From an uncultured Candidatus Saccharibacteria bacterium (GTDB taxonomy: Bacteria > Patescibacteriota > Minisyncoccia > Phycocordibacterales > UBA5272), in the NCBI GenBank assembly GCA_964621595.1, contig CAZUPO010000001.1, forward strand, positions 14,758-78,757: 64,000 bases of DNA, read 5' to 3'. A program made the position numbers and the translations under genes. This document shows positions 46,787-54,730 of this stretch, one piece after another. The notes under the pieces were generated by a model. The model did not search any database. It was given only the letters and a program-made list of their open reading frames with translations, and was not told where the DNA came from. Each line of letters begins with the position of its first letter. Within the stretch, counting starts at the first letter, position 1.

Positions 46787-46833
46787 GATACTCAGGACCA
46801 AAACCTGATGTCCTACCATTAGACGATACCCCA
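46763..46833 (-). tRNA. tRNA-Gln (anticodon UUG)
   Basis: The reverse complement gives TGGGGTATCGTCTAATGGTAGGACATCAGGTTTTGGTCCTGAGTATCGAGGTTCGAGTCCTTGTACCCCAG: 7-bp acceptor, TTTTGGT anticodon loop, GGTTCGAGTCC T-loop; close to E. coli tRNA-Gln. Confidence 0.85.
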
Positions 46834-46855
46834 AGATAGTTATTAGTTCTTAGTT

Positions 46856-46880
46856 ATTCGTAATTAGTTACATTACGAAT
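46856..46880. promoter_or_regulatory. Perfect 9-7-9 inverted repeat ATTCGTAAT-tagttac-ATTACGAAT upstream of the M15 peptidase promoter
   Basis: Half-sites equal the Bacillus-type Zur-box half-sites (TCGTAAT / ATTACGA), but with a 7-nt rather than 1-nt spacer. Confidence 0.45.
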
Positions 46881-46983
46881 ACCAGGTAAACACCAAATAA
46901 CGCTTGCGTATAATACCACTTTTTCTCAAATTTTGGAAGGTGGGGAAGAAGAATGCATACGCGGTGCTATACTCGTATTCAGT

Positions 46984-47919
46984 ATGGACCATAGATCAAA
47001 TGATGCGAACAAGCGACGGCTCTCCCCTCTTGAAATCACAAGCACAATACTCCTTCTTGTGGTTGCGTACCAAGCATTCAAAATGCACTCCCTCGAAACA
47101 CGCGTGAACACTCTCTCAAGCGAACTCGCCTCCACCACAGAGAGTTACAGGACAACGATGGACATCCTCTCGCAAGGTTTTTCATCATTAAGCAGAGAGA
47201 CTCTAGGACTCTCTACTACCATCACCTCGACCAAAGAACATGTCGAGGCTGTTAGTTCCCAGGTTGCAGGCGTACAGGAAACTGTTGGCTCTATTTCTGG
47301 TACCGTCAACACACTACAAAAACTCTCAACCGTAGATGCAGAAATATTGAAAAAGTATTCCAAAATATTTTTCTTAAGCGAGAACTATGTGCCAGCCCAT
47401 CTCTCTATCATTCCCCCGACATATACCTACAGTTCATCTCGTACAGAAAAAATAGTTTCTGAGGTGTGGCCATTTTTAGAAAAACTACTGATACAAGCAA
47501 ATAATGACGGTGTTGCGTTGTACGTAAAGTCTGGCTACCGATCTTTCGCAGAACAAAAATCTCTTAAATCTACATACTCTGTTATCTATGGTGCTGGTAC
47601 TGCTAACACTTTCTCTGCAGATCAAGGATATTCTGAACATCAGTTGGGTACAACCGTCGATTTCATCACGAGCGGCCTTGGAGGAAATCTAGGTGGGTTC
47701 GACTCGACCAAAGCATACGAATGGTTAGAGGCGAATGCATACCGGTACGGATTTGTCCTCTCGTACCCAAAAGATAATGCGTACTACATCTACGAACCGT
47801 GGCACTGGAGATTCGTTGGAATACGTCTAGCTACGTACCTCCACAACAACAACCAACATTTTTACGACCTGGACCAGCGCACTATCGACACCTATTTAGC
47901 AAACACCTACGATTATTAA
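46984..47919 (+). CDS. M15-family D-Ala-D-Ala carboxypeptidase (VanY-like), membrane-anchored
   Basis: SGYRSFAEQ, EHQLGTTVDF, EPWHWRF zinc-peptidase motifs; extended -10 promoters at 46903-46912 and 46966-46974; start taken at MDHRS. Confidence 0.8.
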   Translation: MDHRSNDANKRRLSPLEITSTILLLVVAYQAFKMHSLETRVNTLSSELASTTESYRTTMDILSQGFSSLSRETLGLSTTITSTKEHVEAVSSQVAGVQETVGSISGTVNTLQKLSTVDAEILKKYSKIFFLSENYVPAHLSIIPPTYTYSSSRTEKIVSEVWPFLEKLLIQANNDGVALYVKSGYRSFAEQKSLKSTYSVIYGAGTANTFSADQGYSEHQLGTTVDFITSGLGGNLGGFDSTKAYEWLEANAYRYGFVLSYPKDNAYYIYEPWHWRFVGIRLATYLHNNNQHFYDLDQRTIDTYLANTYDY

Positions 47920-47953
47920 ACCGCGTTACAAGAATGATATACTGCCCGACATC

Positions 47954-49468
47954 ATGAAAGCACACAGAGCAACTATTGGCGAACTAAAAAGACGATTACA
48001 AGAACACAAAAGACTCAGCTCGATTATCTTCATTCTCGAATGGGACCAAACGGTGAATATGCCGGCGAAAGCAGCGAAATCTCGTGGTGAATCAATCTCA
48101 GAATTAAGTAGTATCGTGCACACAAAATTCTTGGCCCTCAATGAAGATGGGCTACTCACAAAACTCAAGAAACAAGTCGACACTGGCGCACTGCGTGGTA
48201 GCGATGTCGCACTTGTAGAAGAAACATGGCGCGACTACACGCGTGCGAAGAAACTTCCCGACGCATTCATCCGCGAACGAGCGCTCCTCATCACCCAAGC
48301 ACACACTGCCTGGGAACAAGCACGCCACCAGAAACGACGAGAACTCTTTCTCCCCTATCTCGAAAAAATAATCGCACTCAAACGAAAAGAAGCAAAACTT
48401 CTTGGTTACAAGGATCATCCATATGACGCACTGCTTGATGAATTCGAACCAGGTATGAAAACAAAAGAAGCAGAAGTAATTCTAGAAGAACTGAAGACAT
48501 TCCTTGTTCCCTTTCTACGAAAGACGCAAAAGGCATCAAAGAAAAGAAAAAGTCTTCGCGTTCAAGGACATTTTCCAATTGAAAAACAGGTTGCATTTAA
48601 TACTATGATGGCAAAAGAAATAGGCTTTGACTTCGAAATGGGACGTCTGGATACATCTGTGCACCCATTTACTACAACCATTCACGCAGAAGATGTACGC
48701 ATCACAACGCGCTACAAGGAAAATGACGCACTCTATGCTCTATCGTCGACCATCCATGAAACAGGTCACGCCCTCTACGAACAAGGGCTGCTTGCAGAAC
48801 ATTTCGGTACGCCTCTTGGAGATTACATCTCTCTTGGAATACATGAATCCCAATCACGTATGTGGGAAAGAATTATCGGGACGAGTAAACCATTTTGGAA
48901 ATATTTCTATCCCAAATTACAAAAAGCATTTCCACAGCCATACAAAAAAGTTTCGTTTGATGATTTCTACCACCACATCAACACCGTGACTCCGTCTTTC
49001 ATCCGCACAGAAGCAGATGAAGTAACGTATAATCTCCACATCATCCTCCGATTTGAACTAGAAAAAGAGCTCATCTCTGGGAAACTCTCCGTGCGAGATC
49101 TACCAAATGCTTGGAATAAGAAAATGAAAGAATACTTCGGTATCACAGTGAAAGAAGACAATTTAGGATTCCTTCAAGATGTTCACTGGTCAATTGGTGC
49201 GTTTGGATATTTCCCTACGTATACATTTGGGAATCTCTACTCTGCACAATTCTACAATGCAATGAAACGAGACATACCAACCCTCGAAAAAGATTTCGAG
49301 AAAGGAAATTTCAAGAAAGCGCTCGCGTGGCTACGCGCCAAGATTCATAACCACGGCAAACTCTACAAAGCAAAAGATCTGGCACACCAGGTGACGGGAG
49401 AGGCTCTCACAAGCGTCCACTTTACAAACTATTTGAAAGAAAAGTATACGAATCTGTACAATCTATAG
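47954..49468 (+). CDS. M32 carboxypeptidase (Taq-like)
   Basis: HETGHALYEQG (HExxH), HESQS, IRTEADE, GYFPTYTFG motifs. Confidence 0.85.
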   Translation: MKAHRATIGELKRRLQEHKRLSSIIFILEWDQTVNMPAKAAKSRGESISELSSIVHTKFLALNEDGLLTKLKKQVDTGALRGSDVALVEETWRDYTRAKKLPDAFIRERALLITQAHTAWEQARHQKRRELFLPYLEKIIALKRKEAKLLGYKDHPYDALLDEFEPGMKTKEAEVILEELKTFLVPFLRKTQKASKKRKSLRVQGHFPIEKQVAFNTMMAKEIGFDFEMGRLDTSVHPFTTTIHAEDVRITTRYKENDALYALSSTIHETGHALYEQGLLAEHFGTPLGDYISLGIHESQSRMWERIIGTSKPFWKYFYPKLQKAFPQPYKKVSFDDFYHHINTVTPSFIRTEADEVTYNLHIILRFELEKELISGKLSVRDLPNAWNKKMKEYFGITVKEDNLGFLQDVHWSIGAFGYFPTYTFGNLYSAQFYNAMKRDIPTLEKDFEKGNFKKALAWLRAKIHNHGKLYKAKDLAHQVTGEALTSVHFTNYLKEKYTNLYNL

Positions 49469-49493
49469 AAATGCTATACTTCTAAGTATCTCT

Positions 49494-49817
49494 ATGAACG
49501 ATCCACAAACAATACAAGAACTGATGAACTACATAGCGGAGCGCTACGCCTTCACAGAAGAAAAATATCCAGAACTTAGACTTCTCGACGAACAAGGTAG
49601 GTACGCTTTTGCAGTACGTCACTTGGGTATCCACTTTGCAAAAACCGCAGGGAAAATAGTTACGGTAAGTGAAGCAGTGGATCATGGGGGGGGCGATCGA
49701 CGAAGAGAGTCTGAAAGTAGACGTAGCAAAATCTCTCCTAAGCACACTACGACTCGCAGAACTTTTGCATATGAATACCGATGATCTTGTTTCTCGTATT
49801 AAGCAATACGTTAAATA
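49494..49817 (+). pseudogene. Small hypothetical gene interrupted by a G8 homopolymer frameshift (G-run at 49686-49693)
   Basis: Frame 0 reads …VDHGGGDRRRE to a stop at 49784; with 7 Gs the reading continues in frame +1 as …HGGAIDEESLKVDVAKSLLSTLRLAELLHMNTDDLVSRIKQYVK to the stop at 49815-49817. Confidence 0.5.
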
Positions 49818-49820
49818 ACT

Positions 49821-50060
49821 ATGAAGGAAGGAACATATTGTCACAGTTGCCTCATGCCATTTGAAAAAGATCCGGGTGTAAGAGAACACGATAACTATTG
49901 TAGTTTGTGTTTTAAAAATGGGAAACTATGTTATGAAGGAAATGACCTACGAGAGTTTAAAAGAATGTGTTACAAAAGTATGCTCGGGCGTGGCACACCC
50001 ACACTTTTAGCAAAATTCTACACGTTTATGGTGCAATTTGCTCCGCGCTGGAAACAATAG
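49821..50060 (+). CDS. Small Cys-rich zinc-ribbon-like protein
   Basis: C.H.C…C.LC pattern; AT-rich. Confidence 0.45.
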   Translation: MKEGTYCHSCLMPFEKDPGVREHDNYCSLCFKNGKLCYEGNDLREFKRMCYKSMLGRGTPTLLAKFYTFMVQFAPRWKQ

Positions 50061-50062
50061 TC

Positions 50063-50347
50063 ATGCAGATACGCTCTCGTGCAAAATTATGGAAATATGA
50101 GGGACCCGCCTCGTGGTATTTCATTACACTGCCAACAAAAACTAGTGATGAAATACAGAAAAGTCAGGTACACAAATCATCATGGGGTATTGTGCGAGTA
50201 CAAGCAACTATTGGTACCAGCACCTGGAAAACATCTCTCTTCCGAGACACAAAAAGAAACGCCTATCTCTTACCGATAAAGAAAGACATTCGTACACGAG
50301 AAAATCTCAGTGACGGAAAGACTGTCTCGTTTGTCCTTACGCTATAA
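50063..50347 (+). CDS. DUF1905-like small protein
   Basis: ASWYFITLPTK… pattern; start taken at the internal ATG (MQIRS). Confidence 0.5.
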   Translation: MQIRSRAKLWKYEGPASWYFITLPTKTSDEIQKSQVHKSSWGIVRVQATIGTSTWKTSLFRDTKRNAYLLPIKKDIRTRENLSDGKTVSFVLTL

Positions 50348-50364
50348 ATAGCAACACTCCGGAA

Positions 50365-50823
50365 CTACTTCTTCTTTGATTTCTTTATTGCAGGATACGA
50401 AAAATCTTTTCGGAACGATACTCCGTGTGGCATGTACCCAAGAGATTTATAAAATGTATGAAGCCATTCCTTGCTGGTGTGAAGACTAGACTTGTAGTGA
50501 CCTCCCTCTTCTGTAATTTGATTTATTTTGTCCATAATTGCTCTTCCTACACCTCCACCTCGATACGCCTCGTCAACAAGAAGTCCTTCGAATATAGCGT
50601 ACGGACGACCGTCATGCTTCTTGCGATCAACACCAGGATCATGAACACCTGTTATCACCATCCCCCAACCAAATTCCTTCTTTGTTTTCTTATCGACCGC
50701 AACAACAATCTTTGGAATAAGCGGTTTACCACGGACAACTTTAAGTGTGTAGGAACTATTCTTAGATGCTCCAGAAACTTTTGCAGGAACTTTTTTTGTA
50801 GCGTTTGCTTTTTTAGTTGCCAT
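50365..50823 (-). CDS. GNAT-family acetyltransferase
   Basis: LLVDEAYRGGGVGRAIM motif; start taken at MATKK. Confidence 0.7.
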   Translation of the reverse strand: MATKKANATKKVPAKVSGASKNSSYTLKVVRGKPLIPKIVVAVDKKTKKEFGWGMVITGVHDPGVDRKKHDGRPYAIFEGLLVDEAYRGGGVGRAIMDKINQITEEGGHYKSSLHTSKEWLHTFYKSLGYMPHGVSFRKDFSYPAIKKSKKK

Positions 50824-50890
50824 GGTGATTATTATTGTATGAGTATGGTGTAAGCGTACCACTTAGGCTAGAGTGGTGTCAAAATGACAT

Positions 50891-50915
50891 AGGAAAAGCC
50901 GCGCGTGGGCGCGGC
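50891..50915 (-). terminator. Intrinsic terminator for L1 (GCCGCGC-GTGG-GCGCGGC, T-run on the minus strand)
   Basis: Sits inside a 46-bp segment identical to 51382-51427. Confidence 0.65.
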
Positions 50916-50938
50916 GTCTTCCAACCAGCGGGTGATGA

Positions 50939-51283
50939 TCATTGCTGCGGGCGCGGTGGACCGATGAAGGGACTCCACTTCAACACCCCGCCGAAGGGCT
51001 CCTCCTCGCGAGCGACAACTTCAGTGCGTTCGAGGTCTTCGAGAACCTTCAGCACCTCTTCGTCGGTACATGGGCTGTAGCCCCATTCCATCAACTGACG
51101 ACCGATAGCGACGACTATCTGCCCGGTGCGCAAGGGCCCACCTTGCTCGAGGACCTCATACCTGACCATTCGGGCGAGTATCCCTAAACGCCGCTTCCCC
51201 TGCTCACGGATCCTGAGAATCTCGACCCCTCCGTAGAGAAGGGCTATGAACAGAACGGGCCAGAAATCCTGGATGACTTGCAT
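50939..51283 (-). CDS. Small membrane-anchored protein L1 (N-terminal TM plus C-terminal wHTH-like), GC-rich
   Basis: Promoter TTGACT-17-TAGTAT; 5'UTR motif TATTCCAA; RBS GGAGGAGG. Confidence 0.5.
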   Translation of the reverse strand: MQVIQDFWPVLFIALLYGGVEILRIREQGKRRLGILARMVRYEVLEQGGPLRTGQIVVAIGRQLMEWGYSPCTDEEVLKVLEDLERTEVVAREEEPFGGVLKWSPFIGPPRPQQ

Positions 51284-51384
51284 GACACACCTCCTCCAAT
51301 TGGAATATATTCATACTAGAATAGAGGTGAGGCGAAGTCAAATACTTTCAAATAATTTAGATAGTATAAAAATAAAATTACCAT

Positions 51385-51409
51385 AGGAAAAGCCGCGCGT
51401 GGGCGCGGC
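51385..51409 (-). terminator. Intrinsic terminator for L2 (identical to the L1 terminator)
   Basis: Same hairpin within the 46-bp perfect repeat. Confidence 0.65.
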
Positions 51410-51433
51410 GTCTTCCAACCAGCGGGTAAAGGG

Positions 51434-51799
51434 TTACGACGAGAGTGGCTCCCATATGTAACTCTCACCCTCCTTCTTCCGAATCACCCTCCCTTCTCGG
51501 TGCAGTTTCTCGAGAATGGTCATCACCCTTTCTTCGGATACGGGTGGTCTGAACGGGATGCTCCAGTAGTCATTGACGATGCTAGTAACCCCCACGACGT
51601 TTCCCCTACCGATCATAGGAAGTCCCCGAGTTTCGATGAACAACTCGAGCGTTTTCTCGCTCGTCTTCTTCCAAGTCAATTTGAGGTAAGCATGTTCCAC
51701 GAGCCACCGCAGGAAAGGAAACAGGCAGATCAATAACAACAACCAGGCAATCCAGTGTTGATACTTCTCCAAGATCGTGGTAACCATGGAGAGTTGCAT
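51434..51799 (-). CDS. Small membrane-anchored protein L2 (paralogous architecture)
   Basis: Promoter TTGACC-17-TATAAT; TATTCCAA motif; RBS GGAGGAGG. Confidence 0.5.
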   Translation of the reverse strand: MQLSMVTTILEKYQHWIAWLLLLICLFPFLRWLVEHAYLKLTWKKTSEKTLELFIETRGLPMIGRGNVVGVTSIVNDYWSIPFRPPVSEERVMTILEKLHREGRVIRKKEGESYIWEPLSS

Positions 51800-51896
51800 G
51801 ACACCTCCTCCTTACTAGGTTGGAATAATTTAATTATACAATAAAAAAATATTTTGGTCAATTCATCTTACAGCATTGAAATATAAAAATTTCCAT

Positions 51897-51924
51897 AGGA
51901 AAAGCCGCGTGTACAAACGCGGCT
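51897..51924 (-). terminator. Intrinsic terminator for L3 (AGCCGCG…CGCGGCT)
   Basis: Degenerate version of the L1/L2 terminator. Confidence 0.6.
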
Positions 51925-51946
51925 GATCCAACAGCGAGTGAGACCG

Positions 51947-52282
51947 CTACGCAGGGGTGATTTTCCACCCCACGACTGCCCTGGTCGGTACCCATACCTG
52001 GGCAACGTTACCTAGGCGTTTACGCTCAGAGAGAATGCTGAGCACCTCTTCTTGGGTAAAGCGATCTCCGTTGTCGATGAAGCCCTCATGCCACTTCATC
52101 GCGTAATCGTTAACCTGCATGAGAATTTCGTCGATCGAGGCGGGATCATTGGAGAGGTGCTGGTTGAGCAACCCCTCCAGGTATTTCCTCCTCTGTTCGA
52201 TATTCTTGCGCACAAGGAAATCTATACCCCGTGCAAAGCAGACAATCGCCAGTATGGCGATTGCAAATACGGTCATTTTCAT
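51947..52282 (-). CDS. Small membrane-anchored protein L3 (paralogous architecture)
   Basis: Promoter TTGACC-17-TATAAT; TATTCCAA motif; RBS GGAGGAGGG. Confidence 0.5.
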   Translation of the reverse strand: MKMTVFAIAILAIVCFARGIDFLVRKNIEQRRKYLEGLLNQHLSNDPASIDEILMQVNDYAMKWHEGFIDNGDRFTQEEVLSILSERKRLGNVAQVWVPTRAVVGWKITPA

Positions 52283-52344
52283 TGTAACAAACCCTCCTCC
52301 GTTGGAATACCGTTATTATACAACAAAAAATGTTCTGGGTCAAT

Positions 52345-52755
52345 CTACTGTCCTTGAGATCGCATTTGAGGTAAGCCATCACGTAACTGTAATGTTTCCG
52401 CTGTGATACTTCCATCACTATTTTGCGTGCCCATAATGACAACAGATGATCCGGTCTTCACATCACTTTTTACACCAGTGACTGACTTCAATACTTTGGT
52501 GGTATCTGTGACAACGATTACCTTGCTTCCACCATCACGCCCCTTGAGAGTTAACATTTGATTGTCGAAAGAAATGACTTCTCCTTGAGTTACTCCCCCT
52601 CCTCCGAAACCCCTTGAAGCACGTTGTCCCCCTTGAAACTGCCGTGGAGAATCAGAAGAAGATTTCTTCATTCCAGCATAATATCCTAGACCAGAAAAAA
52701 TAACTGCGGTAATAATGAGTGAACTGTATATTTGTTTTTTCGAATGTATAAACAT
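52345..52755 (-). CDS. Hypothetical membrane-anchored Gly/Ser-rich protein (last gene of the ABC efflux operon)
   Basis: N-terminal TM; AT-rich. Confidence 0.5.
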   Translation of the reverse strand: MFIHSKKQIYSSLIITAVIFSGLGYYAGMKKSSSDSPRQFQGGQRASRGFGGGGVTQGEVISFDNQMLTLKGRDGGSKVIVVTDTTKVLKSVTGVKSDVKTGSSVVIMGTQNSDGSITAETLQLRDGLPQMRSQGQ

Positions 52756-52790
52756 AGTTGTATATCTACGTGTGTAATTAGTTAGTAACC

Positions 52791-54014
52791 CTACTCATGC
52801 CGCAGGGCATCAATTGGGTTAAGAGCAGATGCTTGTCGTGCGGGGTAGTAGCCAAAGACAACTCCAATAGCAGCAGAAACGCTAAATGATAAGAGAATGG
52901 ATGAAAGAGAGGTTGAAGTTGCTATATTCATGAGACTACTTACCAAAAAAGAAATAATACTTCCTAAGACTATTCCTATCGCACCACCAACGAATGTAAG
53001 CATGAGAGCTTCAAGAAGAAACTGGAGTCGAATATCTTTATTCTTTGCTCCGATTGCCTTTCGAAGGCCAATCTCTCGTGTGCGTTCTGTTACTGTGGTA
53101 AGCATCATATTCATAATCCCTATACCACCAACAAGGAGAGAAATGCTCGCGACCGCACCGAGAAACACGGTGAAGGTTGTCGTGACACTTGTTGCCGTTG
53201 CGACGATGTCCGATTGATTAAGTACACTAAAATCAGCTTGTAATGGATTTGTTATCTTGTGGCGAGAGAGAAGTAACGCTGTCACATCGTTTTGCAATGT
53301 TACCATTGCATCCTGAGAGTTTGCAGAGATACTGATTGTGTTTACATACTCACTCCCCGCCAAGTAGCGAGACATAGTTGAGAGTGGAATAATGATTCTG
53401 TCGTCTTGGTTGTTAAAACCTGTCCCCCCTTTTGCTTTTGTAATACCTATCACGGTAAAGACGAGCCCGTTAATACGTACTGTTTGACCAAGAGGATCAT
53501 TCCCTTCTCCGAAAAGATCAATTGCGGTGGTGGGTCCAAGAACTGCGACTCTCGAGAGGCTGCGCTCATGGGTGTCTGTGATAAACGACCCTGTATCGAC
53601 TTCGATGTTTCGTACCATCGCATAATCAGAAAGAGTGCCAATTACTTGTGTATTGGTATTTTTCCCTTTAGTTGCAACCTGGTACCGCTTTGTTATATCA
53701 GGTGCTATAGCCTGGATATTTTGCACACTTTCTTTGATGGCAAGAGCATCGTCGAGAGTCAGCGTCTGCGCACTACCACGGCCTTGATTTAACCCACCGC
53801 CAAAACTACGCTGATTACCAGGCATAACCATGATGAGGTTAGAGCCGATTGACTGTATGTTGCTCTGAATAGATTGAGATGCCCCCTGTCCAATCGAGAT
53901 AAGCGCAATTACAGATCCTATACCGATCACAATACCAAGCATGGTAAGTCCGCTTCGAATTTTATTCGCGGTAATGGAAATATATGTTTCGTGAAGTAAA
54001 TCTTTGGTGGTCAT
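52791..54014 (-). CDS. ABC transporter permease, FtsX/MacB-like
   Basis: N-terminal TM, large periplasmic domain, three C-terminal TMs. Confidence 0.85.
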   Translation of the reverse strand: MTTKDLLHETYISITANKIRSGLTMLGIVIGIGSVIALISIGQGASQSIQSNIQSIGSNLIMVMPGNQRSFGGGLNQGRGSAQTLTLDDALAIKESVQNIQAIAPDITKRYQVATKGKNTNTQVIGTLSDYAMVRNIEVDTGSFITDTHERSLSRVAVLGPTTAIDLFGEGNDPLGQTVRINGLVFTVIGITKAKGGTGFNNQDDRIIIPLSTMSRYLAGSEYVNTISISANSQDAMVTLQNDVTALLLSRHKITNPLQADFSVLNQSDIVATATSVTTTFTVFLGAVASISLLVGGIGIMNMMLTTVTERTREIGLRKAIGAKNKDIRLQFLLEALMLTFVGGAIGIVLGSIISFLVSSLMNIATSTSLSSILLSFSVSAAIGVVFGYYPARQASALNPIDALRHE

Positions 54015-54727
54015 ACGTGGTGATGTTCGCCATGTCGAACGACACTATGATTCTTTTTATCGGATATAATCTCGCCATCTTTAATATGAATAATACGATC
54101 TGCGTAAGAAGCCACGTCTGGCTCGTGAGTGATGAGTATAATTGTACCCCCTTGCTCTTTATTTATTGCTTGAAAAGTACTGAGTACAATTTGTCCAGTT
54201 TTTGTATCGAGATTCCCTGTTGGTTCATCTGCCAAAATGATACTAGGATTGTTAACAAGAGCACGCGCGATTGCAACACGCTGAATTTGTCCACCGGAAA
54301 GTTGATTTGATAAATGGTAGTAGCGAGATTCATCCAGACCTGCTTTCTGTAGAGCTTCTCGGGCTAGGTGTTCACGTTTCTCTTCTTGTATGTCGGTATA
54401 CAATAGCGGCAACATAACATTACGAAGTACCGTCGTTCTTGGAAGTAAGTTAAACGCCTGAAATACAAACCCTATCTTTGTTTTTCGAATGTCAGCGAGC
54501 GCGTCGTCTGAAAGTTTTGAAACATCGTGACCATCGAGTACGTATGTACCACTTGATGGTGTATCGAGTGCTCCCAAAATATGCATCATGGTAGATTTTC
54601 CTGATCCAGATGGCCCCATAATTGCAACGAACTCACCATCTTGTATTGTGAAAGAAACGTTTTTTAAAACTTTTGTTTCTGTATCACCATTTATATATGT
54701 TTTTGTAATGTTCTTAATTTCTATCAT
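54011..54727 (-). CDS. ABC transporter ATP-binding protein (MacB/LolD-like)
   Basis: Walker A GPSGSGKST, signature LSGGQIQRVAIARAL, Walker B ILADEPTGNLD. Confidence 0.9.
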   Translation of the reverse strand: MIEIKNITKTYINGDTETKVLKNVSFTIQDGEFVAIMGPSGSGKSTMMHILGALDTPSSGTYVLDGHDVSKLSDDALADIRKTKIGFVFQAFNLLPRTTVLRNVMLPLLYTDIQEEKREHLAREALQKAGLDESRYYHLSNQLSGGQIQRVAIARALVNNPSIILADEPTGNLDTKTGQIVLSTFQAINKEQGGTIILITHEPDVASYADRIIHIKDGEIISDKKNHSVVRHGEHHHV

Positions 54728-54730
54728 TGT

